Shown in pieces: positions 17,962 to 21,362 of a stretch of 21,362 nucleotides of DNA. The notes under the pieces were generated by a model. It ran no database searches. It worked only from the letters and a program-made list of their open reading frames with translations, and had not been told where the DNA came from. A program made the position numbers and the translations under genes. How positions within the stretch are numbered: the stretch's first letter is position 1; the number at the start of each line of letters is the position of its first letter. The DNA is from Candidatus Krumholzibacteriia bacterium (GTDB lineage Bacteria; Krumholzibacteriota; Krumholzibacteriia; WVZY01), in the NCBI GenBank assembly GCA_046754105.1, contig JBHHVD010000057.1, positions 1-21,362 of the forward strand, given 5' to 3'.

Positions 17962-19289
17962 TCAGTGCATTGACGTCCCGGGGCCTCGCCCTGCCGACAG
18001 GTCGACCTCGGCAAACCACCCCAGGTATCCGCCGCCATCGATTTCCTTCCTCGTCCGGCCCACGGCGTGGCCGACGTCGTTCTCGACCAGGAGGTGGCCG
18101 AAGAGCGACTGGTACCGGTCGCTGCCGAATGTCCTGTGGGACAACGGCTTGCCGCTATCGAGATCGAACTTCGATACCAGGCCGTATCCGAACGATTCCC
18201 GCGAGGACAGAAGTAGAAACGTGCCCGCGCTTCCCACTGCGTAGAGCCCGCCCGGCGTAGGGAACACGGTGAAATACTGATCGCTGTTATTGGTGAGCCA
18301 CGCCAGCGTGGTCCAACGTTTGTCGCCCCCGGTCGTCAGGGAGGCGACGAACCCGGTACTCCAATACGAGCCGCTCGCCGTGGATGGTTTTCTGGGATCG
18401 CGGAAGTAGCCGGCGACATAGAGGTTGCCATCGTAAAGGGCTATCGACCCGGCGCTGCTGGCGAACGTTCCACGACCTTCGTTCATCCACAGCCCGCGGC
18501 TCCACGTTACGAAAGAGCGGTCACGTCTCCATTCGGGATCGAGAACCGGTCGATGGCGAGCACATCCAACTCAGCGCGCGGGCTGATCGCGAACGCCGTG
18601 ACGTCGCCGCCGGGCGCCGCCTCCGTTACGATGTCGGAGATGAACTGGTCCGCCCGGGCGCCCTGGACCACAGCTCCGGCCTTTTCGAGCACGCCCTGCC
18701 CCGTCAACTTGATGGCGGCCACAAGTGGCAAGTAGGTCCGCGAGTTATCACTCCCCCCGCCCAGAATCGCCGTCGAATCCGATGTCAGCGCAATCGTGTT
18801 GACCCACAGGCCGGAGGACGCATCGCTGAAGGACACCTGGCTAAGGAGAGCGCCGTCGGGACCGATCAGCGACACGCTGGCGGAATAGCTGTCCGCTTTC
18901 GGCTTGCCGGACAGGACGCCCACCGCGATGATGCCGTTCGGTACGACGGCGGTTGCCGGCAGCACGACGTGGTCTCGCACGTCATGACCTACCTCTGTGA
19001 ACCAGGACATTTCGCCGCCGGCGGACAGCCGTCCGACGCCGTGCTGGTCGTTGACCCGGCCGTGCACGAAGTAGCCGCCGGAGCGGTCGGGCTCGATGCG
19101 CCGGATGTAGGTCGGCATGGCCGGGTCACCGTAGGTTCTTTGTGACATGATGCGGCCATTGGAGTTGGGCGTGGCCGGGTTGATGTATTCTTCCGATTCC
19201 TCCTGTGAGGGGTCGGTTGTGGTTTCACAGCCGGTACCGCACAAGAGGAACGCACAGACCAGCGGACCCGATATGTAAGCGCGCATCAT
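17962..19289 (-). pseudogene. Beta-propeller-like lipoprotein split by a 1-nt frameshift near 18510
   Basis: ORF 19289-18507 has a lipobox-like signal (FLLCGTG-C). ORF 18486-17962 continues the same beta-repeat style, and its frame is open across the junction. One added base gives ...DVTALSVTWSRGLWMNEG. Confidence 0.65.
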
Positions 19290-19435
19290 GCCCCCCTTGT
19301 ACTAATTACCGAGTACAGGCGCCCGGGTTGGTATGAATCCACGAGAAGCGGGTCGCGGGGAGAGTTAACCTCAATGCGTCAAAAAAGGATGCGGTTTTCT
19401 GGACGGGCCGGTCGCCAGGACGGGGCGCTTCGGCT

Positions 19436-20371
19436 CTAACCTTTGAAGATCTCCTCATTATGCCACGCCACAAAATCCGGCGACGGCCGCTCGGCGTAGT
19501 TGGCGGGAACGACCTGTAGCTGTTTTCCGCGCAGGGCGTAGTAGTCGCGGCCGTTCTCGTACTCCTCCCGGATGCGCCGGCTGACTTCGACCCGGTGATC
19601 CTTGTCGATCGTAAGAAACCCCCGGTCGAACAAGATATGCAGGTCCGAGCGGAGCAGGAGACCGTTGTCGACCCGGTTGGGGCCGGATTCGGCGAATGGT
19701 TTTATGTGTGCCGCCTGCAGGACGGGCAGCGTTCGCTCACCGGTAATCGCACAGCGGCGCTCGTAGGCGTCGGTCACGAGGACGCGGAAAGCGCCCTGGC
19801 CGAGGCGGGCGCGGGTCAGGTACTCCGAGCCGTAGAGCCCGGGCGGTTCGGGTGTTGGCATGGGGAGCTTTGCGGGATCGCGGTCGTGCTGGTAGCGGGG
19901 CAGCCGCTCCAGGACCTGTTCCATTATAGCGCGGCCGACCGGTTCTTCCGTGTCGTAGGTCTTGCCCTGTTGGATCGACGGGCGCCAGTTTGACGGAGCG
20001 GGGATCCAGTCCGTGCGCTCGAAGAAAAACGGCTCGGCCAGGATCGTGCAGCCGATCGAGGGGTCGAGGTCACCCGATTGTTTTCGCCTGCGGGTGATGG
20101 ATGTGCGGAAGGCGTCAAAGGTGCCGGCCCCATTCTTGTCGCCGAATGCCTCCCATGCCAGCGAGAGCGGCAGGACCGTGTGGCGCACGAAGAAGCCGCC
20201 GCCGGCGATAAAGTTTTCCGGGCTGTGGAGTTTGAAGAGAAACGGGGACCCGGGCTGGATCGCGCGAAAGGCCGCCTTGCCGCCGGGACGCCAGAAGTTC
20301 ACCTCGTCGGGCTCCCGCTCGGCGAGGAAACGGAACCAGGAGTTGTCGGTAACGCCGATCCAGTATTTCAT
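19436..20371 (-). CDS. HNH endonuclease, putative restriction endonuclease (HNH_2/COG3440-like)
   Basis: RLGQGAFR, RCAITG, LQAAHIKP, NGLLLRSDLHILFDRG, WHN; conserved N-terminal region MKYWIGVTDNSWF...EVNFWRP...FLFKLH...GGGFF. Start set at ATG 20371. Confidence 0.9.
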   Translation of the reverse strand: MKYWIGVTDNSWFRFLAEREPDEVNFWRPGGKAAFRAIQPGSPFLFKLHSPENFIAGGGFFVRHTVLPLSLAWEAFGDKNGAGTFDAFRTSITRRRKQSGDLDPSIGCTILAEPFFFERTDWIPAPSNWRPSIQQGKTYDTEEPVGRAIMEQVLERLPRYQHDRDPAKLPMPTPEPPGLYGSEYLTRARLGQGAFRVLVTDAYERRCAITGERTLPVLQAAHIKPFAESGPNRVDNGLLLRSDLHILFDRGFLTIDKDHRVEVSRRIREEYENGRDYYALRGKQLQVVPANYAERPSPDFVAWHNEEIFKG

Positions 20372-20397
20372 GTCGTTGGCCTGGTGCGGAGTGTGCG

Positions 20398-20571
20398 CAG
20401 ATACCGCGCGAGCATAGCCCGCCATAGGCGCCCTATATGGATTTATAACCGCTGTCGAGGGGGATCCTATTCAGGTATAAGCCGCCATTATCCAGTTATA
20501 CCGCATTATAACCCTCACAAGCGGGATCCTATCCAGGTATAAACCGCCATACAGGTTATAACCCTATCATA
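20398..20571. repeat. AT-rich intergenic repeat array with 62-63 bp period and ~31 bp and ~10 bp sub-periods
   Basis: gggatcctat(t/c)caggtataa(g/a)ccgccat at 20461-20488 and 20523-20550 (26/28 identical); degenerate copy at 20398-20425; TTATAACC at 20443, 20506 and 20556. Confidence 0.85.
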
Positions 20572-20668
20572 GAATGACAACCGTGAATAAGACGCGATTA
20601 TGACGGGTAATACCTATGACCGCCCGCAACCGGCGGCGGTCTTCCGACAAACGAAAAGGAGGATGCCG

Positions 20669-21172
20669 ATGGCTACTCTGGAGTGCACCGATGTCGATCG
20701 TAGTAAGGTCAGGGAACTCTACTGCTCTGACGTGGTCGCGCAAACCGTATTTGATTACTTGAAAAGTCACGGTGCCGGCGCAAGCGAGACGAAACTCGAC
20801 GACGTCGAGCACGGGCTCGCCGAAGGGGGCGCGGCCCCGTCGAGAAGCGAGCTGATTGATTTCTTCAAGGCGCTCGAGGAACTCGGTCTCGGCACCTACA
20901 TCGTGGGACGCCGGGGACGCACATCGAGATTCCGGTGGGCGACCGACCCGGTGGAGGCGGCCGTTGTCGCCGCCGGTGGTGCCCCGCATGCGGGCGACTC
21001 CGGGATGGACGACGCGGGAAGTGACGGCGCGGATGGCGCCCTTACTGGCACGATCACCCACGAGTTTGTGCTACGGTCAGACTTCACGGTCAAGCTGATG
21101 CTGCCGGCGGATCTTTCGACCGATGAGGCATCGAGATTGGCCGGCTTTGTGAAAACGCTGCCGTTCGAATGA
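20669..21172 (+). CDS. Uncharacterised protein, predicted N-terminal winged helix-turn-helix and small C-terminal domain
   Basis: RBS AGGAGG at 20657-20662, ATG 20669. SRSELIDFFKALEELGLGTYIVGRRGRTSRFRW fits a recognition helix plus basic wing; acidic/Gly linker; C-terminus HEFVLRSDFTVKLMLPADLSTDEASRLAGFVKTLP. Confidence 0.8.
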   Translation: MATLECTDVDRSKVRELYCSDVVAQTVFDYLKSHGAGASETKLDDVEHGLAEGGAAPSRSELIDFFKALEELGLGTYIVGRRGRTSRFRWATDPVEAAVVAAGGAPHAGDSGMDDAGSDGADGALTGTITHEFVLRSDFTVKLMLPADLSTDEASRLAGFVKTLPFE

Positions 21173-21289
21173 ACCGGCTAACACCGTGTATGCCGTGCAA
21201 AAAACTCACGACGCCTGATATTCGAAGCGGAGCGGGCATTGGCCGCGGGATCATTTTCGCGCCCCGGTGTGCGCAGCACCAAAGCGGAC

Positions 21290-21362
21290 CTAGTCAATTG
21301 GCTCCGTACCCACGTCGAGGATCCGCAGGTACGGTTTGTACACGTAGATCCGGTCTCGCAGC
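21290..21362 (-). CDS. 3' end of probable Fic-family protein (partial, runs off window)
   Basis: Minus strand reads LRDRIYVYKPYLRILDVGTEPID* (stop 21292-21290). This resembles the R-x-R-x-[FY]-x-Y-x-x-Y-L-x-I-L-x-x-G-T-E-P terminus of Fic proteins with a C-terminal HTH. Not in the ORF track; only 23 aa visible. Confidence 0.6.
   Translation of the reverse strand, partial: LRDRIYVYKPYLRILDVGTEPID

Noticed and set aside
20461..20550. CRISPR mini-array (28-nt repeats with 34-35-nt spacers)
   Set aside because: Only two good repeats, the spacers resemble each other (TATA...TTATAACC at the same offsets), there is no typical repeat hairpin or terminal motif, and no cas genes are in the window.
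19436..20571. TIGR-Tas or IscB/OMEGA RNA-guided system
   Set aside because: The nuclease shows no recognisable Nop or RuvC domain or PLMP motif, and the array lacks a 36-nt unit with box C/D motifs.
21169..21362. Plus-strand ORF starting at the ATGA overlap with the wHTH stop
   Set aside because: The translation is not protein-like, and the minus strand has a better explanation as a Fic C-terminus.

Overview
High-GC bacterial DNA. The many secreted proteins with C-terminal FlgD-Ig/T9SS-like sorting domains suggest an FCB-superphylum candidate lineage such as Krumholzibacteriota/Eisenbacteria/Latescibacterota (inference). The left ~15 kb holds envelope and secreted-protein genes: a lipoprotein gamma-glutamyltransferase, three beta-propeller surface proteins, a PAP2 phosphatase, a CsgG/LpoB-like lipoprotein and a Ser/Thr kinase-TolB-TPR protein. 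The stretch from 15.5 to 19.3 kb is mostly decayed: a frameshifted secreted-protein stub, a probable DrmD-like SNF2 helicase N-terminal stub, an intact DUF4236-TPR gene, a CHAT protease gene with its catalytic core deleted, and a frameshifted lipoprotein. The right end looks like a defence-island edge. An HNH nuclease gene and an uncharacterised winged-helix gene are divergent, separated by an AT-rich array with 62-63 bp, ~31 bp and ~10 bp periodicity, and followed by the tail of a probable Fic gene. This HNH/array/wHTH module is the best candidate for an undescribed system. All family calls come from motif recognition by eye; no searches were run.
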